Source: Amoebidium appalachense (taxonomy: Eukaryota; Protista; Ichthyosporea). From it: DNA of 64,000 nt. Location of the stretch: assembly GCA_963693365.1 (NCBI GenBank), contig CAVNZM010000002.1, positions 8,343,059-8,407,058 on the forward strand, written 5' to 3'. The notes under the pieces were generated by a model. That model saw only the letters and a list, made by a program, of their open reading frames with translations. It searched no databases and was not told the origin of the DNA. Positions within the stretch are counted from its first letter, which is position 1; each line of letters starts with the position of its first letter. Below, piece after piece: positions 40,289 to 52,797 of the stretch. The position numbers and the translations under genes were made by a program.

Positions 40289-40597
40289 ACTTTTTTCTTC
40301 CCCCGTTCCCTCGTCATTTTCCTCACAAGGTTGAAGGGCCGGTAGAGGGAGAGGGGTGTGATGTTTAAGCCCGCAAGGGCGGGGGGAGGGGAAGGGGGGG
40401 GGAGGGGGGTTATAGCAAGTGTCTCACTCCCTTCCTTCCCCTGCCCCCCCCCCCCCCCCCCCCCCCCCCAGGATCCACCCCCCCCCCCCCCCCCCCCCCT
40501 CCCCTCCCTCTCCCCCAACCCCCCACCACCTGTTGGTATTGTTGTCTTTCCCTACGTGTCTCTCCTTCTCTGTCCATCTGCACATACAGAACTTTTT

Positions 40598-40645
<48 letters not shown>

Positions 40646-41024
40646 CCCCCCCCCCCCCCCCCCCCCCCCCCTCTCCCCCAAAAAGAAGCACACGAAAATG
40701 GCCAACACACCTACCCCTCCATTCACATCAAAAAGGTTGACCTATCCAGAGGATCATTGGACCATTTCAACCAATCGAAAATCTAACTACCCACTAACTA
40801 AACCCCCCCCCCCTTCCCCTCCCCCCCTCCCCCCCCCCCCCCCCCCCCCCCCCCCTAATTTCGTCTTTCCCTTCCATATTGCACAACCACAGACCCGAAA
40901 ACCACCTCATCCACTTACACAAAAGCCACCCACCCACCCACCCACACCCACACCCATCCACCCACCCACCCACCCACCCACACACCCACACACATACACA
41001 CACACACCAACACACACACGCACG

Positions 41025-41123
<99 letters not shown>

Positions 41124-41478
41124 GCATACTGGACACACTGGGACCCCACATACACACACCTCCTCCCTGCCCACCCCCCTCGTTGCCTTCCTCACTCCCA
41201 TTCTCCCTCATAAACCCACACGAGCGCACAAACTCTTACCCAGAACCACCGACCTGCTCACACCCATACACGTCCCAACCATACACAATGACCGTGACAT
41301 GCACAACAACACACAGATATCCCCCCCCACCCACCCCCTTGACACACACATACACATGATACAGAAATCACATACACACCCACCCATCCACCCTTCCACC
41401 CACCCATCCGCAGACACACGCGCGCGCGCACACACACACACCAAAACAGGCACACAAAAAATCTTTCACCATACCACC

Positions 41479-41518
<40 letters not shown>

Positions 41519-42435
41519 CCCCCCCTTCTGCCCTCGATATATACCGGATATATCGGATATTGCGACACATAAGTTCGGCACTACCCATTATGGGCTATCG
41601 TAACAAGGTTGACCACCGAGTTCCCTCCCCGGGGTCCATAATAAGAGGTGATACACCACACTGGCTATACCGTAGCCTACCAACCAACATGCTGTTTCTT
41701 CCTTCTATTTATGCAACTCACTAGTGACAGAATCATCATCCACACACCACCCAAACACAATCACCATCCACATCACCCATCCACACACCACAAACCCCAA
41801 ACACACACACAGAATCCACTCACCCACACATCCACAAGCCCTCCCTTACCTCCCCCCCCTTCCCCCCCCCCCTCCCCCTCCCCTTCCCCCTCCCTCCTCC
41901 CCTTCTCCCCCACCCACCCATCCACACACGAATGAAAGTTTCACTCACCCCCACAACCACCTACCTGTCTCCCTCTCTATCTCACGTACACACACACATA
42001 CACAAATACACACACGCACGGGCACACCAGCATCCACCCAAACTTACCCACCTGCACACACCCACTTACCCACCCGCACACATACATCCCTCCACCATCC
42101 CACACATACACTAGCACAGCTTTCACCCTCCCCACCTGCCCACCCCCCAACCCCGCCCACACACACATCCCATTCACCACCCACTCATTCCGTGAACCCA
42201 CCCGCCCTCACACTCAGCCACTCACACACACACCCACGCACATAGCCACCCACCCAACCACGCACTCACCCAATCATCTATTCAAGCAAACAGGCACTCA
42301 CACATAGATACACACCAACCCAGTAACCCACCCACCTCCTCATGCGAACACACGCACACACACACACACACACACGCACAAACACACACACACACACACA
42401 CACAAACAAATACAAACGCACACACACACGCCGTG

Positions 42436-42522
<87 letters not shown>

Positions 42523-43355
42523 GAAACAGACACACACACACGTTTCACCACCCCAACCCTCCCCCCCCTCCCCTCCCCCCCAATGAACAGCACACACCCA
42601 CACACCCATCCCATCCCCCCACCCCCCCCCCCCCCCCCCCCCCCCCCCCCACCCCCCACCTCCCCACCGCCACCACCAGACATAGACACACACACAGCCG
42701 TTTCTCATTCCGTCATCTCTTTTTGCGTTATTGGCACCTGTTTGGTCCGCTCTCCCTCCCACCCTTCCCTTCTCCCTCCTTGCAGCTGCATTGCCCCAAT
42801 GCCCCCCCTCCCCCCCCCCCCTCCTCCCCTGCCCCCCTCCTCCCCCCCCCCCCCCCCTTTCCCCCACCTCCCCCCCACACCCCCCCACCTCCCCCCCCCC
42901 CCCCCCCCACCCCCTCCTTTGCCTGCTTCAAGCCCCCAAGTCTCATGCATCAACCCACCTTGAGCCAATACCCCACACCACAACATGAGACATCCACCCA
43001 CCCACCATGATCACCCACCAGTTATATAACAAACACCATATGTCGGTACCGGTGCCGGTCATCCCCGTCCCAACCCCCCGCCCTCCACCCCGCCCCCTCC
43101 TTCCCCTCTCTCCCACACACGCCTCTGCAATACCCACATTCCCCCCTCCCCCCCCCCGGCCCCCTCCCCCCATCAGTCTCATACGGAGGAAGCTGATGAC
43201 CCAAAAGAGCGGGGGTTTGAGATGACTGACAAGGCCTGTGGCTCTATCTGACACGTGATAACGAGCCTATCAGTATCAGCTGTTTGGTGTCGAATTCCAT
43301 TGGTGAGAATTATGAGATTGAAGCCATGTTGCTTGGATTGGCGTTAAAAAAAAAA
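40200..43355. repeat. Segmental duplication, copy C
   Basis: Collinear with 16145-19250 in the same orientation; ends at gcttggattggcgttaaaaaaaaaa. Confidence 0.9.
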
Positions 43356-43390
43356 TGTGTTTGCAATTGCACAGTGACTATGTGGGCATA

Positions 43391-44405
43391 CAGAGGCCGT
43401 CCGCCCTTAAGATTGTCCGCCAACAAGATTCCGTCGACGCTGATTTTGCCAGAATGAGTTAGGCCTTCCCTTTTGTTTTTATTTGGTTAGGCTTCCTTCT
43501 TATCGTCCTTTGTTGCAATTATTTCCTTCTTTAGACCCTGTTCCCATTTCTATTGTTCGCGCGAAATGTCCTGTACCCAATCTATCTCCCATTCAGAGAT
43601 ATTTCTTTAAATATTTGTCTCCTTTATTTTTCTCTTCCCCTATTTATCAGCACTATGTTACTTGGTTTCATACTCAATATCCTTTGCTTCATCGTTGTGA
43701 TAAAGAGTATCATGGTAGGACTCTTGAGCCTGTGCTTCTTTTTATATTAGAGACTCGTCTATTTTCTCTACAATCGTTATGTAAATTAGCTACCGTAGCA
43801 ATATTCATCCTTCCTCTCGTAAACCTACACCACTTGCCCATTTTGCCATTCTAACCCCTTCGTGTGATATTGCTTGGAAATGTATATTTTGGCGTTGTAA
43901 CCTTAGTTTCCATAAATGTTTGTGTCACTTTTGTGCAGAGCCTTCTTCTCGCAAACATCTAGATAAATGTATTTATTTATCTCAGATTCTTCCGTTAGAA
44001 ATTCGAAGACTAGCTTATTTAGATGGTCCTGAAATTACTTCTATTGACTATCTGTTAAACCACCGTATGTTTAACGAGTTTTCTAGGGTGTACGATTATT
44101 TGAATCGTTATCTCCTCCGTATCCGTGAGTAGGGGTTTTTGTATTTTCTTCTCCGAGATATCTGTAATATCTCCGGCTTGCTTCTCTTTCATGAGCATAT
44201 CAATAAAGTCATTATAAAAAATAAAAAAATTAAGATTGTGCAGACGGGTCTATTTTCGGGACAATCTTATCGCTTATATGGGCATATCTGAGGAGGTATG
44301 GGAGGCATTTTTTCAAGCTGTATGGCACCGTGATGGTTCCCCCAGAGTGGCTTTTTCAGCATTTTGCTTAGGCTTCACATTACCTTTGCAATTTTTGAGA
44401 CCCCT

Positions 44406-44445
<40 letters not shown>

Positions 44446-44628
44446 TTTCCCTCCTCCTCCTCAGAGGCCCCGTCCATCACTCCTAACTAACCCACACAAA
44501 CCGTGACACACGCGCAATCGTGCACGTGCGCAAACACACACACATGCACACAACACATACACATACACCCACGTGCACACACACACACACACACGTGCGC
44601 AAACACAGTACACACACACACACACGTG

Positions 44629-44685
<57 letters not shown>

Positions 44686-45025
44686 TGATGCAGGCGCGCA
44701 CATACACCGCTCCATTCTGGTAGACCCCCCCCCCCCCCTCCCCTCCCCTTATTATTACGGTTACAGTTCCCCCCCCCTCCCCCCCCGCCCCCCCCCTCCT
44801 TATTACGGCTACCGTCCCCCCTCCCCCTCCCTCCACCACCATCAAGCGAATCCGTTACCACCCCTTCAAGTTGCAATGATTAGCTACGCCCTTCTCCCCC
44901 GTACCCCCGAGGGGCCTGCCCCGGGCCAAGATTATGGGCACGACCAAACTTCGACCCTCTAATTGAAAATAAGATTGCGTCCCCACCCCCTAAAAGCGTA
45001 GGATCTTAAGGGCGATCGGCCTCTA
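43391..45025. mobile_element. Non-autonomous Tc1/mariner-like DNA transposon
   Basis: TA|CAGAGGCCGTCCGCCCTTAAGAT at the left and ATCTTAAGGGCGATCGGCCTCTA|TA at the right give 20/23 TIR identity with a TA TSD. An inner inverted motif gggac..caatcttat is present at both ends. No transposase. Confidence 0.75.
43417..44229 (+). mobile_element. 5'-truncated, degraded LINE of a second family nested in the DNA transposon
   Basis: TSD TTAAGATTGT at 43407-43416 and 44230-44239; AATAAA and A-rich tail. Peptide ...WRCN...CHFC...HLDKC...SIDYLLNHRMFNEF...YLNRYL* resembles the ORF2 C-terminus (WRSN...C...ILDFILNTRNYDLF...WLEKH). Confidence 0.8.
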
Positions 45026-45661
45026 TAAGTTGTTCAGTCACCACCAGATCGTATTCCGTTATGTGGTAATCTCCCAATGCCTATCATGTAAAAGCAGAGC
45101 TAATTATATATAAAGCGGTATAATCATTTTTCGTTTTTCTTTCTTTCTTTCTTTTTTTCTTATCCTGCATCGGAAATACCGTCTTCCACACAGCACCGAC
45201 TGTACGCTAGTTAGGGTGCTCAAAGTGTAGGAGCTAAGCTAACACACCGTTACCTAACTACGGTTTACATCCCAGCCTCACCTGCAGGGGGCCACCAGCC
45301 CTCCCCTTCACTCAAAACCTCAGCTTAATGACGGGCCCTCATTGGTTGGACCGTCGTCGCTGCATTGTTTTATCATCATATTCACGTCATGCCCCGAAAT
45401 GCCCAAGTAGACCTTAAATTTCCGCACTTGGATACAATTGCATAAAGTTCGGCTGCTAGAACCCCCAGGCACATGGGTGCACCCACGCTTATATCGTGTC
45501 ATCGCACCAAAACACACACACACACACACAGGCGCGCACGCGCGTGTGCGCGCGAACACACACACACACACACACACAGGCTCACACGCACGCACACCCG
45601 CACGCACCTGCACACCGGGGACGCAGAAACACGGCTGCAGACACGTGCGTGCGCGCGCGCA

Positions 45662-45707
<46 letters not shown>

Positions 45708-46151
45708 CACACACTCACTTTGTCATCCACTCACTCATCCACCCACCAAACCAACACAGCCTCCCCCCCCCCCCCCCCCCCCACACACGTCTTTGTTCTG
45801 ATTTAGTTCCCATTCCTTCCAACCAAGCCCCACCCCCCACCCCCCCTTCACCCATTCATTTACCAAACCCACACAGGCCGACAACCCCCCCCCCCCCCCC
45901 CCCCCCCCCGGGGGGGCCTGCGCCACATGTCCATTTTCTGACTTCGCCCATCCCTTACAACATCATCACCCCCCCCCCCCCCCTTTCCCTCCCTTGCCAG
46001 CGTGGTGTGAGAGTCCGGGGAGGGGGTGAGGGGAGGGGGGAGAGGGAGAGAGAGGGAGAGAGAGGGAGAGGGAGAGGGAGGGGGAGAGAGAGGGAGAGGG
46101 AGAGAGGGAGAAAGGGAGAGAGGGAGAGGGGGGGGAGGGGGGGGGGGGGGG

Positions 46152-46527
<376 letters not shown>

Positions 46528-46869
46528 TAAGGAGTTTGACATCGCCCGTACTGCCAGTCACTATACGGGGGGCAGCATTGGGTATTGTTTCCTGCAACTG
46601 GATTGGAAAAATTGGTGGGTTTGACAGCCTACGGTTTACGATGGAAGCCAGTTTTTCACAATCAATCCCCAATGTGTACGAGGTGGACACGAGAGCTAAT
46701 CAGCCAGCACTGTTTATTCAATGATTACTACATGTATATCCTTTAGAATCCCGTGTCATTCATTCCACCGAGTGTCTTTATGGATCAATATATATATAAT
46801 ACACATTAATAATCAGGCTCCTTTGAGCACAGCCCATCATAATTCAAGAAAACAGGTCAAGTTGCTTGA

Positions 46870-47940
46870 CTACTTGCGGCAAACTTGAGGCGACACAGTC
46901 TGCCCACGTGCGCGCTTGTCGCGCGCCTGCAAATTCCTTGCTACCGTCACATCGTAATCAGCGTCAACCAAATAGCGCAACCAAAGTGTTCCCATACCCA
47001 TCTTCGTCATGTATTCATGTCCAATCTCAGTAATAACATCCACCAACCCAGCCGTCATAACAGAAATCTCTACGTTGGCCTTACCCTCGCAGTAAACACA
47101 CTCTCTCAGAGCCTTACCCACAGTACCTGCACCACACCCGAAAGTACTTTTTCCACCAACAGAAACAATATCGTGTCCAATGAGCATGGGGTTGATTGCG
47201 ACCGCGGCGGGTGTGTCTGGAACAAGAAACAGAATACGAGCAGTGCAGCTTTTGTGATCCAACACCAGCCCAAGACGCGACAGAAAGACGTCACCATCAT
47301 TATTTTCAACAACGGAGTCGGCGCTTTGGTTTTGCGCAACCGAGCTACGGGGGCTGTTGGTTACGCGAGAGCTACGAGGGCTGATACGCTCAATGAGGCT
47401 CTTACGCGCAGGCGTCGTGGTGGGCGATGGGACATTCTGAGTAAGAAGTTCCCCCGGGACTGTAAGGGTAAACGTCAGGGTGCACGCTGCCTCCACGTAC
47501 GAAATATCCACCACGTTCGCAGAGTCGAGCATCTCACGTGCACCCGCCGCGCCAACTGAGCGCGCGTCAAGACCATTAACGTTAACGAGCCTGTCCCCAA
47601 CACGTAGACCCGAACGAAATGCACCGGAGAAGCGACCAGAGAGGGTCATTGCGTATTTTTCCACATGCACAACATAGAGTTCTCCCTCCCAAAATGCAAA
47701 CTCGGCACCGAAGCGTTCTCCTGCAATCTTGGCGAGGTGGACGTCACGCATTACCCCGTGGTATATGTCGTCTGAAGAGTCACAGGATTGGGCTGGTGAA
47801 CTCGGGCGGCTGGATGTGTTTTGTGCATGTTTTTCGCGCGTGGTTGCACCCGTGCACCGAAGAGGGTCGACTGCGGGCTTGGATGCGGGTGGGGTAACGG
47901 ACGAGGGCTGCCCACAAATAGGCGTCTGAAATAGCAACAT
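46870..47940 (-). CDS. Tandem-PDZ protein, syntenin-like, intronless
   Basis: PDZ1 GVMRDVHLAK...FGAEF...LYVVHV...GLRVGDRLVNVNG; PDZ2 LGLVL...ILFLVPDTPAA...HDIVSVGG...VEISVM. Layout (P/S-rich N-terminus, two PDZ domains, short tail) matches syntenin as recalled; not searched. Confidence 0.7.
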   Translation of the reverse strand: MLLFQTPICGQPSSVTPPASKPAVDPLRCTGATTREKHAQNTSSRPSSPAQSCDSSDDIYHGVMRDVHLAKIAGERFGAEFAFWEGELYVVHVEKYAMTLSGRFSGAFRSGLRVGDRLVNVNGLDARSVGAAGAREMLDSANVVDISYVEAACTLTFTLTVPGELLTQNVPSPTTTPARKSLIERISPRSSRVTNSPRSSVAQNQSADSVVENNDGDVFLSRLGLVLDHKSCTARILFLVPDTPAAVAINPMLIGHDIVSVGGKSTFGCGAGTVGKALRECVYCEGKANVEISVMTAGLVDVITEIGHEYMTKMGMGTLWLRYLVDADYDVTVARNLQARDKRARGQTVSPQVCRK

Positions 47941-49464
47941 TTTCTATAGCTATACGCTGTGCAACAGTTGCAGAGTCTAGTTGAGCAGATTTGTCGTTTT
48001 CTCCTCCCCAAATTACTTGGTTCTATCGAATGGTCATGTACATGTTGATCTATGCATATGTACCTTGTTGGCTAGAGCTTATGATACCGATGTTCGATAG
48101 CTAATATATGCATCAGTGAGCCCAACAAATGCTGATTTAGCACTTGCAGTAGGCAGGTAACAGGCGATTATAGCTACAGGCCATACTCGGGCACTCCATG
48201 AATTACTTCATGGCGAAACACGGAAATACTTCCGTTGTGCCTTTGCTAAAGCGCGTGTGCCGAAACGCAAAACTGACAACTTGTGGGGGTTGCTACCGCG
48301 TGTTTATATTATAGCCGCCACGCAAACCGCATTGATTGGCGGATATCTATCTAGTTATTAGAATTTGTGGTCACATTCGATTGGATTAGATCATTTCGAA
48401 TCTAATTTCTAAATATTCCATGCACATATTGAGTGATTGATTCGTTAAATATCACGAATCAGAGGTGACACCTTTCGATCATCCAATCACAGCAGCTCTT
48501 ATATGGGGGCCAATCATTCCTGAAGTTTCGTGAGAATGGAGTTGGCAATGGCTCAACGGACAAAAACAACAGACTTTACCCAAAGGGTTCTCTGTGTTAT
48601 ATAAATTATGGATGCATCAAAAATGCCTCCAAGAAGTGAAGGGAACAGCATTTATTATGATAGTTGCCGACAATCGTGCCAGGGCTTGCGGTGCACCAGA
48701 ACCGTGTTAACACAACAACAGCGTGCGTGGCCTTGCAAGATATCGAACGTGGACGTTGCACAATGCACAGTCAGACCCACATGTAGCATGTACAGTCAGA
48801 GGGTCACACGCGGCGAACATGTACGTGATCTCTGTGCTGCAAGAACAGTCAGACAGTTGTCACTGTTGTAATGAAAGCTTGCAGAATGGCATGTACAGCT
48901 TGTACAGCTTGTACACACACTGTAGCTGTCAATGTGTGAATGTATCGAGGGTGGCATGTGCATGTATCCGACGTGTTGTGTTGGGAGGGCCTAGCTGTGA
49001 TCAAACTTGTGACCAAAATTTTACGTTTGCCCACGTTGTCAACTGATGCATCAGCTGGTTGCTCAACAACGCATGTGCGGTCACTGCGGTGGGATGGCTT
49101 TCCACGTTCCCATGGTGCACTGCCCTTGACTCAATGAATTGTAGTTGTACGGTATGCGCTGGCCACCTTGGACTGTTGGAGCGCCTCACGTACATGTAAG
49201 CAGGGTGCAAGCACAACGCGTGGGGTTAGGTAGCACATGCACGCATATTCCTACTTTCGATATGCGTTAGGGGTTTACGCTGTTTACTCGAGGCAAAGAG
49301 AACCAGTCTCAGGTATGGGGGGGGGGGGTTTGCTCGGAATATCCCCTCAGCGGTATATCATGATCACGTACATAGATGTCGGGTGGTGACTATATATCAG
49401 GGTTTACTTTCTCTACGAGACACCATAAAGACTACAAGGAGAAATCAATTAGTTGGGGTTCCCC

Positions 49465-49497
<33 letters not shown>

Positions 49498-49529
49498 GGG
49501 CTCCCCTCGGGACACTCGGTATCAGCTGG

Positions 49530-49582
<53 letters not shown>

Positions 49583-49602
49583 TGTGTGTGTGTGCGCGTG
49601 CG

Positions 49603-52600
49603 CTATAATTTTGTAGTGATGTGTTTCTCAAGCCAATCAATACATCTAATAAACAGGTCGTAGTTACGCGTGTTTAGTATAAAATCAAGGATGTTGTAAT
49701 TTACAGGTAGGCTATCTTTCTGGGTGTCTGTTGTGAATGTGACGTGTGTGTGTTGCGGTATTATGTGGTCTATCAAACTACATTTGGCGATACATGACCG
49801 GTTAAACTGGTGTGTGTGTGTGTTGTTTGGGCATGCAAATGATGCCACCTTATACTTATTAGATCTCCACTGTATAGCACGTGTACAGTAAAAGCGTGGT
49901 AATTGATCAATAATACCATCAGCTAGAGAAAGACCAGTTCTACAGGAAGGTAATATGTATTTAGGTGTTATACACTTGCGAGTGCCATATTTGGCAATAT
50001 GGTTGAGGCGGTCAGTATATATAAAACGAGACATAAGGCTTAGTTTTTCAAGGTGTATGCTTTCATCGGGTCTAGTGTCGTGTGGTATCTTTTTCCATTT
50101 GTTATATTGCGTGATTATCTTGTGATTGTGTACATGTTTAATAAGTAAGTGGCAGTCCAAAGTCACACACACACTATTGCGGGGTTTATTTGTATTTGTG
50201 CCCAGGGGAGAAGGGGAGAGAGAGGGGAGGAAAGAGGGGAGAGGTGAGGAGGGGACAGGTCGGATAGAGAAGAGAGGGTGGGAGGGCAAATACTTCTTTA
50301 AGCGGCTTATGTGCTTATTGAATTTCAGCGCGAGATAGGATACTCTAGCAGCTATTGGGACCAGACCATATATCGAGAGCGTTACAGGCCCAGGTTTACA
50401 ACAGTTGTTAGATAGAAAGGAGGCAACTTCTGCTTCAAGGAAATTTGCCAAGGGTTTAAGCGCTCTAGTTCTCTCTTTCTTGATCCAAGCGGCGAGAAGG
50501 GGTAAACCATATTCACATGCCGGGAAGACAAAAGTGCGAATAAATGTAAGTCTAATAGAAGGATGGAGGGGTGTGTCTTTAAAAATATTAGCCGAGAAGA
50601 AAGCTAACCGCTTACGAGCCAACTCTACCCTCTTTTCGACCATATGGGGAAACATAACACCAACAGAATCAACCGGAACACCAAGATATTTGTATTCTGG
50701 AACTATAGGTACAGGTTTAGATGATAATGTAAATGTGTGTAAATTGTTAGCTATATCAGGTACAAGAACACCACATTTGTCTATGTTAAGGATCATAAGG
50801 TTTGCCTTGCACCACTCTGACACTACATCGAACAATCTTTGCAGGCGTCTAGGGGTACGGGCAAGGAGGGACAGATCATCAGCATAGAGAAGTGCAGGCG
50901 GAAAGTTATTAATAGGGTCATCGTTTTCGGCGTAAATCTTGACAGCCAAATCATCTATAAATAGGTTAAACAAAAAGGGGCTAAGCAATGAACCCTGCAA
51001 GAGACCTCTAGTACGAGCAAAACCATATGAAAGATGCCCATTAACCACAGCTCTACCATAGGTTTGAGACAAGAGTGCTTCTAACAGAACACCAATGCAG
51101 TGTGGTACACCCCGTGCAGCAAGCTTTTCCCATAGGAGACCAGGGGAGACAGAATCGTAAGCAGTTTTCCAATCAATAAAGCCAACATATTGTGCACCAA
51201 CTTGCATAGAATCGTGCAGTGCCATTATTTGAACATAACATGAATTGTTTTTACGAAAAGCGGATTGGCATGGGTGTATGTGAAGAATAGATTGAAACCT
51301 AGGGTGATGTGCAAATAACCTAAGTAAGCAAGCTTCAAAGAATCTACGAACAACCTGGGTTAGTGTAATGGGGCGAAAGGATGATATGGGGCCCTCAGAG
51401 TCCTTCTTAACTATGGGGATCACTAAGGTATCTAACCAAGATGACGGGACATGTCCACATTTAACACACCAAGAAAAGAGAGAGCTTAACATGATAGTAA
51501 GATCAGGTTTAATAGCACGATCACTTTCCTTTTGTGGGTAGGAGGGAACAAGGATTTTAAGAAACCCAGCAGGGAGTCCATCAGGTCCACAAGACTTACT
51601 AGAGCTATAACTAGATATCACAGACCATATGGCATCGGGACTGAAAAAGGGGAGGATCGATTCTATGGGGATAGATGGGTCTACAGGCCACACAATAGGT
51701 TTCTGAGCGGGGGTCCTATCTTTAAACAGTTCCGAGAAATACTTATCAGAGTCTATGAGGGGGTCTCCAGTGGTATCACCAATAATACGAGCAGGGGGGC
51801 CAAATCGATTCATACTAGCAAGCCGGCGCAAGCTTTCCTTTTGAGACAGGGGTTCACCTAGTCTAGCGGGAGTGGTGTTTGGTAACAAGAGAGCATCGGG
51901 ATATTCCTTCCTACCACCGCCAGCATAATCACCGAGATCTATCAAATCATCAACAATAAAGTTAGTGCATGTATCTAGTACGAGATGTGAATCTGGCCTG
52001 GCTTGTGCAGATTCTAATAGGCGCATATATATAGGGTGTTTCGTAGCATAGCATACACATACATCAACTCTACCCCACTGTGACTTAAGCTGGGATAGAC
52101 GGAGGCGAAAGGTGGGAGGGGGAGGGGGGAGCAGATCAAGGGAGATCTTAGGTAGGAAAAGGATAGGAGAGTGGTCAGATGACCTAGAGAGGTTAGGAGG
52201 GAGAGAGAGTTTTGACATGGTTGATGGCCAAAAGGCCACTCCCCAGTCGGTGTTGTGGGCATGGGATATTTGAGGGAACCGCAAAGTGTGACTTTGGACA
52301 TACCTTGCTAAAGGGATAGCACGCTCCGGGGGCTTAGATGGGTACCCGACACTCACTTGCAGTGTGTCTGTGTGGTGGAGTCGCGTGTTAAAATCACCTA
52401 AAATAACAGTGGACATTGGTAACTGTGACAACTCGTGAGTCAATTCGACAACCGACATAGATGGTGGGTAATATACAAAAGTAAAAACATTAGAAAGAAA
52501 CTCTATAGAAACCGAGAATTCCGTTTTTGCTACCGGTTTGCACTTCACTCTCACGTGTGGTGCGGCAAGTACAATAATGCCTCGGTTTTTCGCGTAACCG

Positions 52601-52797
52601 GGGTGTGTGGATGTGTCGACCAATGTAGAGTTGAATTTGTGGTGGTTTTTAAACTGTGTTTCGCAAATCACTGTAAACGTGTGGTTGTTTGTCTGTTGTT
52701 GTATGTAGCTGATTTTATCGTCGAGTGTCCCGGGGGGGAGGCCCTTTTGGGGGCCCAGTGTCCGAGCATTCCAGAAGAAGAAGGATAAATTAGGCAT
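49603..52797 (-). CDS. LINE ORF2 (APE plus RT), 1064 aa
   Basis: Translation appears identical to 30076-33270. Confidence 0.96.
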   Translation of the reverse strand: MPNLSFFFWNARTLGPQKGLPPGTLDDKISYIQQQTNNHTFTVICETQFKNHHKFNSTLVDTSTHPGYAKNRGIIVLAAPHVRVKCKPVAKTEFSVSIEFLSNVFTFVYYPPSMSVVELTHELSQLPMSTVILGDFNTRLHHTDTLQVSVGYPSKPPERAIPLARYVQSHTLRFPQISHAHNTDWGVAFWPSTMSKLSLPPNLSRSSDHSPILFLPKISLDLLPPPPPTFRLRLSQLKSQWGRVDVCVCYATKHPIYMRLLESAQARPDSHLVLDTCTNFIVDDLIDLGDYAGGGRKEYPDALLLPNTTPARLGEPLSQKESLRRLASMNRFGPPARIIGDTTGDPLIDSDKYFSELFKDRTPAQKPIVWPVDPSIPIESILPFFSPDAIWSVISSYSSSKSCGPDGLPAGFLKILVPSYPQKESDRAIKPDLTIMLSSLFSWCVKCGHVPSSWLDTLVIPIVKKDSEGPISSFRPITLTQVVRRFFEACLLRLFAHHPRFQSILHIHPCQSAFRKNNSCYVQIMALHDSMQVGAQYVGFIDWKTAYDSVSPGLLWEKLAARGVPHCIGVLLEALLSQTYGRAVVNGHLSYGFARTRGLLQGSLLSPFLFNLFIDDLAVKIYAENDDPINNFPPALLYADDLSLLARTPRRLQRLFDVVSEWCKANLMILNIDKCGVLVPDIANNLHTFTLSSKPVPIVPEYKYLGVPVDSVGVMFPHMVEKRVELARKRLAFFSANIFKDTPLHPSIRLTFIRTFVFPACEYGLPLLAAWIKKERTRALKPLANFLEAEVASFLSNNCCKPGPVTLSIYGLVPIAARVSYLALKFNKHISRLKKYLPSHPLFSIRPVPSSPLPSFLPSLSPSPLGTNTNKPRNSVCVTLDCHLLIKHVHNHKIITQYNKWKKIPHDTRPDESIHLEKLSLMSRFIYTDRLNHIAKYGTRKCITPKYILPSCRTGLSLADGIIDQLPRFYCTRAIQWRSNKYKVASFACPNNTHTHQFNRSCIAKCSLIDHIIPQHTHVTFTTDTQKDSLPVNYNILDFILNTRNYDLFIRCIDWLEKHITTKL

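Noticed and set aside
49261-49280. Telomere-repeat targeting (TTAGGGGTTTA at the LINE end)
   Set aside because: Only one of three insertion sites looks telomeric and there is no repeat array.
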